Of a stretch of 64,000 nucleotides of DNA, positions 11,353-23,338 are shown one piece after another (the stretch's first letter is position 1; every line of letters begins with the position of its first letter). Location: NCBI RefSeq assembly GCF_009914755.1, contig NC_060940.1; one strand, 5' to 3'. The DNA comes from the human T2T-CHM13v2.0 reference genome, Homo sapiens. Position numbers and translations under genes: made by a program. Under the pieces are notes generated by a model. It saw only the letters and a list, made by a program, of their open reading frames with translations. It searched no databases and was not told where the DNA came from.

Positions 11353-14300
11353 GGAGAGATGGGGGACAAGATGGGTGACTAGACAAACCAGGAAACACTG
11401 CTCCCATGGAAGGGACCAAAATATCAGGTAAACCAATGTAATTTGAGCAGGTCATCAGAGAGAAAACACCGAGAGTGGATGGAGAGGTGACACGGACTCA
11501 GAGGCTGAAACAGGGCGAAGCTTGGAACCCTGCATGGTGTACTCAAATTCCAGGGCAAGGTCCTAGCAAAAGGCTCCTGGGGAAGGGTTGAGTGAAGGGA
11601 CTGAGGCGCAGGCCACTCTCACCACTAATCTCCGGGATCCTAGATACAGAGGTTCCTGTGACCCCCATAAACATTTGAGCTAGAAAGGGGATCTGCTGAG
11701 AGAGTAAGCAGAGACAGGCCTTCAGCCAGTGCAGAGTCCAGGGGCTTTTGTCTGTGGAGCAGCTCCGGTGGAGTGGAACCATAGGCACCCATCCCCCAGG
11801 GCTCCCCATCTCCCTCTGAGAAGCTCTAGCCCTAGCTGACTGCTGGGCCAGGAGAGAAGAGAACTAGCTTCTCCATGGGAATGGGGTGTGTGTGTTCTGC
11901 AGGCTGCTCACCAGCCCCTTGCTATGCTTCTGCCTGGCTGTCCGGCAGGAGCATGTGCCCAGTACAGTCTCTGCTTCCCAACCTGGGTGCTTTGCTCCAC
12001 CTGAGTACTTTTCCAGTGACCTGGGAGAACTTTGGATCCCCCAGTACAGCCAGAACCCAACACTAAGCCATGGGCCAGTCAACACTAGAGAGTGCTAAGC
12101 TGAGATCTGTGCCAGAACTCAGACTGGGGAAGAGCCCCAACTCTCAGAGCACTGACAGGGGTGAGACATACAGGTTTGTGGGCTGTTGTGGGAGCAGGGT
12201 GTGCCTTTCTTTACAGGGCCAGTCCAGAAATGGTGTGGCCTATCTCACTGCTTCAGCCTCTACCCAATGAGTCCCATAGCCAAGAACACCTAACATAAGA
12301 AACATGGGTGTGGTGCCAGTGATTGGAGGGGCTCCCCCAAGGTCCAGGGGCAGACCTGGTGAGGAGGTCAATTCTCTCTTCCTTACCAATGTAGAGCACA
12401 TCTGCAAATATGAGGAAATACAAAAGAGACACATGGCTAAGAGCCTATCAAACAGCCATTACTCTTAAATGCCAACTACTGGATAGCAGTTCAGCCTACA
12501 CCACCAAAAATATTCTGCTAACACCTGTGAACCCAAGAGTAAGAATCCAGCCACATGTAAAAACCCTGTACAGAGCCTTGGCCCTCTGAAAGCATATAGA
12601 AACTAAGCCAACTGAGTACACTTATCTTACACCACAATTGAAAGAACACCAACCTTCCCAGATAAGAAAGAATCAGTGCAAGAACTCTGGAAATTAGAAA
12701 GGCCAGAGTGTCCTCTTACCTCCAAATGAACCCACTGGCTCCCTGGCAATGGTTCTTAACCACACTGAACTGGTAGACATAGAATTCAGAATCTGGATGA
12801 CAAGGAAGCTTATTGAGATTTAGAAGAAAGTTGAAACCCAACCCAAGGAATCCAAGAAATCCAGTAAAACAATACAAGAGGTGAATGATAAAATCACCAT
12901 TTTAAAAAATAACCTAACCGAGCTTCTGGAACTGAAAAATTCACTACAATAATTTGATAATACAATCAGAAATATTAACAGAAGAATAGACCAAGCTGAG
13001 AAAAGAACCTCAGCACTCAAAGACCAGTTCTTCAAATCAACTCATCAGATAAAATTTTTTAAAAAACTGCAGAAATTAACAAAACCTCTGAGAAATATGG
13101 GATTATGTAAAGAGAAAAAAACCTATGGCTCATTTGCATTCCTTAGAAGAAAAGAAAGCACCTCGGAAAATATATTTGAAGATATAGTCCACAAAGATTT
13201 CCCTAATCTCACTAGAGAGGTTAACAGAAAAATTCAAGAAATACAGAGAACCTTGGCTAGATACTGTACAATATAACCATCTCCAAGACACATGGTCATC
13301 AGATTCACCAAGGTCAACACAAAAGAAAAAATTTTAAAGGCAGCTAAGAAGTTATATAAAAAGAAAATCCTTTTAGGCTAGCAGTGGACTTCTCATCAGA
13401 ACCTTACAAGCCAGAAGAGATTAGACGCCTAATTTCAGTATCCTTAAAGAAAATAAATTCCACCAAGGAATTTCATATCCCACCAAATGAAGCTTCATAA
13501 ACAAAGGAGAAATAAAATCCTTCTCAGACAAGCAAACACTGAGGGAATTCGTTACCACTAGACCACCCTTACAAGACATGGAATTGAAAGAACGACACTT
13601 GCTACCACAAAAACACACTTAAGCACATAGCCCACAGACATATAAGGCAACTACACAATCAAGTCTACATAACAACCAGCTAACAACACAATGACAGTAT
13701 CAAAATATTACATATCAATATTAACCCTGAATGTAAATGGGCTAAATGCCCCACTTAAAATACATAGAGTGGCAAGCTGGATAAAAAGACAAGCCAACCA
13801 TCTGCTGTCTTCCAAAGAACCGTCTCATATAACAAAACCCACACAAGCTCAAAGTAAAGGTGTGAAAAAGACTTACCATGCAAACAGAAAACAAAAAAGA
13901 GTTGGAGTTGCTATTCTTAGATCAGATAAACAGACTTTAAAGAAGGACATTGCCTAATGATAAACAGTACAATTCAATAAGAGTTAACTATTCTGAATAT
14001 ATATGCACCCAATATTGGAGCATCCAGATTCATAAAATAAGCTCTTAACCTACAAAAAGACTTAGACAGCCACAGAGTGACAGTGACAGACTTCAACACC
14101 TCACTGACAGAGTTAGACAGACCATCGAGGGGGAAAACTAATAAAGAAATTCTGGACTTAAACTCAACACTTGACAAATTGAACCTAATAGACATCTATG
14201 GAATATTCCACCTAACCACCATAGAATATACATTCTTCTCCTCTGTGTGCAGAATATATTCTAAGATCAACCACATGCTCGGTCATAAAGCAAGTCTCAA

Positions 14301-14392
14301 TAAATTCAAAAAAATCAAATCATACTCAAGCACACTCTCTGATCATGATGCAACAAAAATAGAAATCAATACCAAGAGGATCTCTTAAAACT
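11353..14392 (+). mobile_element. L1PB-like LINE-1: 5'UTR, decayed ORF1 and ORF2 endonuclease start; 3' part absent
   Basis: 5' end 'gggggacaagatgg..gactagac'; ORF1 remnant ~12650-13620; ORF2 start 13691 MTVSKYYISILTLNVNGLNAPLK; EN motifs DFNTSLTELDR and SKINHMLGHK in ORF 14077-14388; frameshifts and stops throughout. Confidence 0.9.
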
Positions 14393-14467
14393 ATTATTAT
14401 TTATACCTATTATATTATGTGTAAACAATAATAGTTATATATTATATAATAATATATACAATAATAG

Positions 14468-15133
14468 AACTATATTGTAATAGTTATCCGGATAACTATA
14501 TTGTAATAGTTATCCGGATAACTATATTGTAATAGTTATCCGGATAACTATATTGTAATAGTTATCCGGATAACTATATTGTAATAGTTATCCGGATAAC
14601 TATATTGTAATAGTTATCCGGATAACTATATTGTAATAGTTATCCGGATAACTATATTGTAATAGTTATCCGGATAACTATATTGTAATAGTTATCCGGA
14701 TAACTATATTGTAATAGTTATCCGGATAACTATATTGTAATAGTTATCCGGATAACTATATTGTAATAGTTATCCGGATAACTATATTGTAATAGTTATC
14801 CGGATAACTATATTGTAATAGTTATCCGGATAACTATATTGTAATAGTTATCCGGATAACTATATTGTAATAGTTATCCGGATAACTATATTGTAATAGT
14901 TATCCGGATAACTATATTGTAATAGTTATCCGGATAACTATATTGTAATAGTTATCCGGATAACTATATTGTAATAGTTATCCGGATAACTATATTGTAA
15001 TAGTTATCCGGATAACTATATTGTAATAGTTATCCGGATAACTATATTGTAATAGTTATCCGGATAACTATATTGTAATAGTTATCCGGATAACTATATT
15101 GTTATAGTTATCCGGATAACTATATTGTTATAG
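14468..15133. repeat. Minisatellite, 26-bp unit (ATAGTTATCCGGATAACTAT-ATTGTA), 25 copies
   Basis: CCGG recurs every 26 bp from 14488 to 15112; units identical except the last (GTTA for GTAA). Confidence 0.97.
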
Positions 15134-15194
15134 GCAACTATATTGTTATAGTTATATATGTTATAGTTATATATAGTTATATACAATATAGTTA

Positions 15195-15500
15195 TATGTG
15201 TATGTGATACATATATAACTATGTATGTATGTGATACATATATAACTATGTATGTATGTGATACATATATAACTATGTATGTATGTGATACATATATAAC
15301 TATGTATGTATGTGATACATATATAACTATGTATGTATGTGATACATATATAACTATGTATGTATGTGATACATATATAACTATGTATGTATGTGATACA
15401 TATATAACTATGTATGTATGTGATACATATATAACTATGTATGTATGTGATACATATATAACTATGTATGTATGTGATACATATATAACTATGTATGTAT
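15195..15500. repeat. Minisatellite, 27-bp unit ATGTATGTATGTGATACATATATAACT, ~11 copies
   Basis: Directly visible; gives the periodic MYVCDTYIT translation. Confidence 0.95.
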
Positions 15501-15767
15501 TATAGTTACATACAATATAGTTATATATGTATATATACATATAGTTATATATAATACATATATAACTATATATGTATTACAGTTACATACATTATAGTTA
15601 TATATGTATAAAATACATATATAGTTATATATAATTGTTATAGTTATATACATTATAGTTATATATAGTTATATATGTATTATATATAGTTATATATGTA
15701 TTATAGTTATATAAAATATAGTAATATATGTATATAACTATAGTGTTTTTTATATATAAATATATAA

Positions 15768-15811
<44 letters not shown>
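15500..15811. repeat. Degenerate AT-rich low-complexity tract ending in (TA)n(CA)n
   Basis: Repeated 'atagttatat' motifs followed by dinucleotide runs. Confidence 0.9.
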
Positions 15812-15812
<1 letters not shown>

Positions 15813-16260
15813 ACTTAGATTCTTAGGATAAAACCAACTTAGTTTTTTATTCCTTTTACACATCTTTTGAAAAATTTTTTGCCAGAATTTTGGATTAAAA
15901 TTGTTATGTCTATGTTTTTGAGATATTGGTCTATAAGTTTCCTTCATTGTACTGCTTTGTCAGATTTTGCTTTCAAGGTTATAGTGACTTTATTAAGTGA
16001 ATCAAGAAATTTTCTGTCTGTTTGCATAAAACTGGTGTATATTCCCTAATTGTTTGGACCAATTCGATAGTAAATCCATTTGAGGCCAGGATTTCTTTGT
16101 GAGAAGGTTTTTATTGAGGATTCTTTTTTTTTTTTTTTTTTTACTAGATATAAGACCATTCAGATTTTCTCTCCCTTCCTAAGTCAGTTTTAATAAGTTA
16201 TAATTTATTAATACCTCCATTTTATCTTAATTATCAAAAGTTTCTACTTAGATTCTCATC
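15812..16260 (-). mobile_element. Old L1M ORF2 fragment (host element, right part)
   Basis: 'cttagattcttaggataaaaccaactt...gagatattggtctataagtttcc...tagtaaatccatttgaggcc' continues the antisense L1 that breaks at 11351. Confidence 0.7.
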
Positions 16261-18664
16261 CTCCTTCTGCTACTTTCTACATGTTTTTCTCCTCTTTGCC
16301 TTGAACTACTTTTTAATTGGAGATTGCTTTGAGTGAAAAAGTGACTGAGACTATTGAACTTCTCTGCACTTTCATTCTCTTCAGCATCTTGACCCCTCAA
16401 GTCTTCCTACCAATGCCTTCAAAAAGATATCTTTTTAAGTTTTATTCAGCATTGCTAGTTTCTTTTAGCAGGAGGATCGGTCTACCCATCCATGTTAGTT
16501 CAAAATGGAAATGCTCTCCATATTGTTAAAATAAATATCTGACTGATAAATGTAAATTACATGCTGTAATTAATCTATCTCGTATCAAAATAATGTTACA
16601 AATTTTTTTTGTAGGAAAAACACTGATTATTCTTATATTGCATTCTATTTCTCCTCTATTATATAGCAATCTCCTTAGACACAGAGACCATGTATCTCTG
16701 CATAGAAAAATAAATTTGAATCCAGTTATTGAATACTTATTCATGCAATTCAAAAAACACTAGAATTATTACTTTCAGCATATTAGAGATTCTCAATTAA
16801 TGTAGTCTATTATTATCATTATTATTATAAGTGTATTATTCTATTTCTCCAATGCAATTCTCAGTAAAACAATAAAGTTGTTACACTAATAAAATTTGCT
16901 GAGACTGACTTAGCTATTTATCTAATTCGGTAAACTTAGTTTAATGGACAAAGCAATCATCATGTAAAACTAAGGTCCTTAATTCTTCTCTTACCTGAAA
17001 AACAGACTATACTTATCACCACTTATGTTAATCTCCTTATTAAGATCAAGAATTATTAAGTTTTACACTAGACACATACATACAACAGTGTAACAGTCAT
17101 CAAATACATATGCTAGCAAAGGAAAGTTTATGTAGACAAATGAAAAATAATCTGATAAATTCAAAATTTAACCAAATTTGTCCACCCTCTTTGTTTAAGT
17201 ATTATAGATAAAGGTAAATTTTAACGGATGTAAACTCTTCCCATTTGTCTGAATATAAGCCAACTTCATTAAATGCTTTCTGAGTTTCTGTTTTGTTTTG
17301 AGAGCCCACAGGGTCAAGCAGTTAGTATTTGCCAAAATATCCCATGTCATTAAGACAGAAATTAAGTCATCTGGACCAAACTTTGTAGGAACAGCCATAT
17401 TTTGAAAAAATTAAGATAAATTCTGGCTGCAGGTCGAAATGATAGTGATAGCAAAACTTTAACTGCTAGTTAGCCTGGTTAAACTCTGCTCTGAAATGTC
17501 TTTTGTTAACCTGATCTCTCTATTTAGAACTCCATTACCCTGTGTTTAAAACAAAGGCACCTCATTCAAAGCAGGCTATAATTGCAGTCTTTCAGCAAAA
17601 CAGCATTTACCAAAACATGTCCTTTAGAATGTGGTACAATTTATCACCCCCACGGTGCATGACACATAATTACATTTGTCACCGCTTTAATTGGATGTTA
17701 CATGTCAGTAATGACTCATCAGCCCCAGAAGTTATGAAAGATGAATTCTCACTACCATACTTTAGAATTTGCTCCAAAAATAAAACTAAAGAAGAGTTTA
17801 TTTCTCACTCGGGGTAGAAGCTACATTTGGGAGAAAAACTAATCTGTGCTTTAGAAAAATAACTATGTATTTCATTTATTGACAGCAAGATGATTGCCTG
17901 CAATGTTTCTCATTACCCCTAGATCACAAATGAGTAAATCACTGTCAGACAAACCAAGGTTAAAACTGTGTGTGTATATTTTAACATGATGCAAAAAAAA
18001 AAAATTAAAAAACCTCCATCACTAGGAGAGAATTGTTAATTTAGAGAATTTTTCAGATTCTGTGATCTGATAAGCTCTGCAACCCAGTCATCGCTGAAAT
18101 TAAATTAGGTTTCAGAAAATGAATATTTCATTTTTAAGATTCTGTTGCTTGGAGACCTGGGAAGACAAAGCTGGTTTAGCCCAAGACAGGAGAGATGTTA
18201 TAAGGGGCAGCATTTTCTATGGGAAACTGCCAGAGAATGCCTAGGAAAAATCACACAACGGAGACAAACAATGATGATGGTACAAATGGATTCATTACAA
18301 ATGCCACAATGCATGTTATTTCTTCTAAGCTGAAGAAGTCTCACTCTACCCTTCACCCGTGTTATTCAGACTTAAATTGGGAAAAATATCATCACACCGT
18401 AGACCCAATCTACCTACCTTTTGTTTTAACAGACTCAAGGGGGAAAAAAAGCAAAGCAAATGTAACCTCAGTGGCAAAGCAAAGGGTGCTTTCTCTACCA
18501 AGGATGTTCACTAAGTTATAGGGATATGTAAACCCAATTCTACATGTTGCTTAGGTCTATAGTCACCTGGCTACATGTATTTTAATCAGCATCATAAACA
18601 TTGATTACACTCCTTTCACTATCAGTGAAGGTACATGGTTTTAAGAGATCTTCCACATTTTGGG

Positions 18665-19112
18665 TGTGGTGGAATGCTAATTGTTTCCCAGAATCTGTAA
18701 TAGCAGAATCCCCTGAGCTTTACCTGGGTGCAAGATTACTCACCTGAAGATTACTTTTCCCAGCCTTGCTTGTAGGTAGGTGTGGCCATTGCACTGTGTT
18801 TGACCAATGAGATGCTGGCGGAAGCCAAGTTTGTAACTTGAGATTATATTTTTTACAAGGGGGCCCCTTCTTGTGAGCTGGAGTGGGAAGGTGATGGTGT
18901 GAGCCAGATTTAATCATGTGAAGCTATACGTAAGGCATGGCAGAGCAACACAAAGAAGTAACCTGGGTCCTTTAATCTCATGGAACAAAGTAAATTAATC
19001 AATCTGTACCTCCTGCCCAATTGTAAACTGTAAGGTGAGAGATAAATAAATGTTTATCCATTAGTCTGCACTGAGGGTATCTTTTTTATAGCAATATAGC
19101 CTGTACCCTAAC
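18665..19112 (+). mobile_element. MLT1 (MaLR) LTR
   Basis: 'tgtggtggaatg..ttttcccagccttgcttgtaggtaggtgtggccat..tttgaccaatgagatg' and end 'atagcctgtaccctaac'. Confidence 0.6.
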
Positions 19113-19329
19113 TTTCAATTTTAATAGTCTCAAGAGATAGTTTTTCCTCCTATCATTTGTTTAAGTTTACCACCATTCTACCCACTCTGATTCTCATCTT
19201 CCTTTCTCAGTTCATTATAGTAGATACAAATTGGGGTTGCAACCTAACTTTTCAAGATCTTATCTGTGCCACCCCTTTTTTTTCGGTTACTGCTATCCCC
19301 TACCTAATCCCCACCCAGAATTTTAACGT

Positions 19330-19690
19330 GTGTTCCTAATGTGAAATGCATCTATCTATGTGACCCTGTCTCCATGATCACAGTGATTGCCTTAGAAATT
19401 GGCACATGCCACATGCAGGAACAGTCAGTTCTTTCCTAGGATCTTCCTCGGGAATGGGCACTTTCTCTCTTCTGAAATAGATTCCCTGACTTGTAAAGGA
19501 CTTCTTACAGTGGGAAAGAATGAGGCTGATTTAAGGAAAGGAAGAAGACAAATCCCAGTGCTTGTCTCCAGTTATCCTAAGCCAGAGCCCTAAATTTCAC
19601 AGGTCATTTAAGTCCCCCCAAAAATTATCTTGATATAGGCTAGTTTGAGCTGGCTTCTGTCATTAGCAAATAGAAGATTTCTGATTAATA
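19330..19690 (+). mobile_element. Old MLT1 (K/L-type) LTR fragment
   Basis: 3' end 'gctagtttgagctggcttctgtcattagcaaatagaagatttctgattaata'. Confidence 0.5.
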
Positions 19691-21388
19691 CTCTCTGGAA
19701 ATTAATTTCATTATTGTGACACTGTCCTATTATACTTAAAACATCCAGGCTTTTGTGGTATTTTCCCCCAGAAGCATCAAGAAGCAAACAATCAATGATT
19801 TAGAAAACCCAATGTCATATAATATCTAGTTTTAGATATATTTCTTATATATGATTAAATTTCACTCTTTAAAGCATGGTTTTATTCTTCCAGGCTAAAC
19901 ATAAGTTGCTGCAATCCATAAATGTTACTCTAATTTTGTTCCTGCCATGCTACACCAAATGATCACTTCAAAGCAGCAGCTAGATCATAAGAGAAAAAAG
20001 TTTATTTCTGTTAGACTACTCAGCACATGACATGGAGGTTAACCACCTTGAGAAAGAAAAAAAAATCATAATGCTAAATCTAAAAGCACATGCCACACCA
20101 TAAGAATGACTGCTCTTTTCAGTACATCTGAATGTTGGAAAACGAAAAGGTTGATCAGCTGTCTGTTCATAAAGTGAGGGCCATTTCACAGGCCAGGTTT
20201 GATTAAAGAATTAATCTCAGTGATCTAACTGAAACATTTTTTAAAAGAAATTGAAGGGGAAAGAGGCAGGCGCTTCTAACTTTAGAGTGGGGTACTCTGT
20301 GAATCTTACAGAGATGGATGTGACTGGCTGCATTAGTGGTGACTGGGTAGTTTCCATATTGCCAGTGCAGTATGATCATTTAAGATAAGGCACTCTCTTT
20401 GAATAACTGATGAACAGTAATTCTCCCTAGCAGACCGAGACTTAATTTTAATCAAATAAAAGTGCTTGCTGGAAAGGGTGTGAGAACCATTTCCGAGGTG
20501 TCAGAGCTCATGCGCAATACACATTTAAGGAAGAATTTCTTTCATGTTCTTTGACACCAAAGCTACTCCCAAGAATCAAAGTACAGAAAAATTCCTATGA
20601 TGAATAGGGTCTGACAAGGGCCACCATATCAAAATTCTCTCTGCAGCTGCCAATCATCACTGACTGACAGAATAGACAGTCCCTGTTGCTAGAGCCTTAA
20701 AGACGAACTTATTTTTAATCTAATATCCAGTAGGAATATGTTCTAGCCTTCTACTATGATTTCGTGACTCATACTAATATTCTATTTTCAGCAAGGACTA
20801 AGAGACACCCCTAAGGAAGAAAAGTAGTAGTAGGTGAGTCATGGTTTTCCTTTTCCTGATAATTCTTAATTGTTCACAGCATAACTATTTTTCCTCGGAT
20901 TATGTCTTTGTGGGTGTCTGCCAATTTACAAAGCTGGGTCAAGAAATGATTTACTTTTTTCTTCAATTAAGTAATGAGTAGTTATTGTGTAAATGAATGC
21001 ATAGAATTGTTAGGCAGAATAGAAAGGAGAAAGTACTAGACATTCTTTTCTAAGAAGTTAATAATCCATTTGAGGGGAAGACAGAACTCGGAGTAGAAAT
21101 CAATTTAAAACCTCAAAAGACAGCAGTCCACTTGAATGTACTTCTGCATAAGTGGAACAGACTGATATTTCTTAAATTTCAGTCGCATGCTTGATAATCT
21201 GATGCCATTTCTCTTGCTACTTTCATATGCCGCTGGAATTATTATTATTTACTCAGTGTTTTTATGTAAGTGAAATCATTTATTTTTTCCTTAAATAACC
21301 TCATAATCAAAGGAAACTTTAGATAACTACCATAAATGGAAACAGCCTTATTTGCCATGAATTAGAAAATATAAAAGCAAATATACTA

Positions 21389-21468
21389 TTAGGCTGGTGC
21401 AAAAGTAATTGCGGTTTTTGCCATTGTTTTTAATGGCAAAAACCGCAATTACTTTTGCACCACTCTAA
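21389..21468. mobile_element. MADE1 (Hsmar1-derived MITE), miR-548-type hairpin
   Basis: 80-bp element flanked by TA/TA; arms tggtgcaaaagtaattgcggtttttgccatt and aatggcaaaaaccgcaattacttttgcacca are exact reverse complements. Confidence 0.95.
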
Positions 21469-21879
21469 TAAAAATAAAATAATGTTAAAGTTTCAGCTAT
21501 GTTTGCCTGCTAAAGGGGCTGAGAACTACAATGCATCTGTAAAATCTCAAATCACTTTTCTTTCACCCAAAGTCATCATGGTACCACCAGTAATATGTGT
21601 CTCATACTTAGGGAGACATTACTTAAGAATAACAGTGAAAGGAATTCAGAAGAGGGAACAATCTGTGGGCCTGGTGATCTGCTAAGGCTTCATGGAAGAT
21701 GCAAGATTTGAGTAGAGCTTGAATCCACAGTCATGGTTATCCAACTACTGGACCCAGGGGCAGAAATGATTTGGGCATTTAGAGAAAAGAGTTGAGACAT
21801 GGGAGTAGTATACAAGTGATGCTAAGCTTGCTTTCTTAATCGACCATCATATCTGACCTAGGACTTCAAAAATGACGGC

Positions 21880-22110
21880 TGATTAACATTTACTAGTAGC
21901 TTACTCTGTTCCAAACACTAAGCTAGGCATTTTCGCATATTTCCTCTTTCGATCCTAATAATATAAGGAACCTGTTATTATCCTCATTTTATAGATAAGC
22001 AAACCAAGGCACAGACTAACTCAAGGTCACATAGCTTTAAAAGTAATTGAATTGGGGATTTCAATCCAGTTCCTTCTGTGTATCCAAAGCCCATATCTTC
22101 TACTTCATAC
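21880..22110 (-). mobile_element. MIR SINE
   Basis: 'tattatcctcattttatagataagcaaaccaaggcacaga..caaggtcacatagct'. Confidence 0.75.
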
Positions 22111-23100
22111 TATGTTTACAGTGAAACTGTGAGGTGACAACCATTGGTCATTTCAGGCAGTTCTCATGAAAAGACTGTAGTGGAAGCTAAGAACGGAGAA
22201 GAGAGGAGGGAGCTTCTCCTTTGCTATGTCCCTAAATGACCTGAGTGATGGAAGCTAATAAACACCCAGGTAAACGTGAGCATTCCAGCATTTTCTTTGC
22301 TTCTGGAATGCCATAATTTGTCCTTCAGTAGTGAAAACAAGAGCTTCAAGTGAGTTCTCCCTACTCCGAAACTGGAAAATATCAGCTGTGCCTATCAGCA
22401 GCATCAGTGACCAAAAGTTGACCTTGCTTAGTTAATCAGTAGAGAAACTAATCAGTTGGAAAAATGCAAATTTGTTTTCTGCACAGAGTTGGAAACTCAT
22501 TACCCTGAACCACTCCTTAAATTAAGTTCAGAGTAGTGACTCAAAATCTGGGTCAGATAAGGAACAATGTAAAGCTGTAATAAGCAGGCTTGAGAGCAGG
22601 AGCACTCTTTGAATCCCATCATTGAAGGCATTTGTGTTCATTTCTTCTTAGGCCCCTTAACTGTGTCTACAGAACAGAAAATGGCCAACTCAGTTTGGAT
22701 TGGATTGTTTTTTCCTAGCTGTCCCATATTTATGTGGATGAAAATTTTCTTGTAATGCGTTTTAGTTTCAGTTTGAACAGTGCCCTCTGATCCTTTAGCC
22801 CAACTGTCAAACCTTAAGCTACTTTATCTTTCTAAACAAACGGTGGATTGCTATAACCTATTACCTGGGTCATCAGATTCCAGAGGTGAACATCTCATGG
22901 ACTAACCCTGTCCCTTGCTACCTGGAACCCCTGGGTCACTGTGAGAAAGTAGAACTGTGTCTTTGTTTTTGAAATGCTAATTATGATTTAAAATCAGTGG
23001 CTGTCATTCAGCGCCCCAGTGGGACAAGCCAACAGTGGTACACCATTTCCTTTTCTCATTCCCCCCAAATGATAAAGCAACTTTAATAAAATTAGCCCTA

Positions 23101-23338
23101 GGCCGGGTGTGGTGGCTCATGCCTGTAATCCCAACACTTTGGGAGGCCTAGGAGGGCAGATCACTTCGAGGCTGGGAGTTTGAGACCAGCCTGGCTAACA
23201 TGGTAAAACCCTGTCTCTACTAAAAATACAAAAATTATCTGGCTGTGGTGGCATACAGCTGTAGTCCCAGCTACTCGGGAAGCTGAGGCATGAGAATCGC
23301 TTGAACCCGGGCAGCAGAGGTTGCAGTGAGCCAAGATC
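23101..23338 (+). mobile_element. AluS, 3'-truncated with no poly(A) tail, with TSD
   Basis: ggccgggtgtggtggctca start; ends at 'gagccaagatc'; AAAATTAGCCCT at 23088-23099 and 23342-23353. Confidence 0.92.

Noticed and set aside
13691-14388. Endonuclease-like ORFs as an active gene
   Set aside because: Frameshifted, stop-interrupted L1 ORF2 remnant with no RT domain
14468-15133. CRISPR-like array of palindromic repeats
   Set aside because: Spacers are 6 bp and invariant, there are no cas genes, and the context is primate DNA; it is a minisatellite
15094-15540. Repetitive ORFs (MYVCDTYIT)n and (YIVIYVSHT)n
   Set aside because: Artefact of a stop-free 27-bp tandem repeat
21389-21468. Assigning a specific MIR548 gene symbol
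   Set aside because: The arms are close to the MADE1 consensus shared by many copies, so the locus identity cannot be determined from sequence alone
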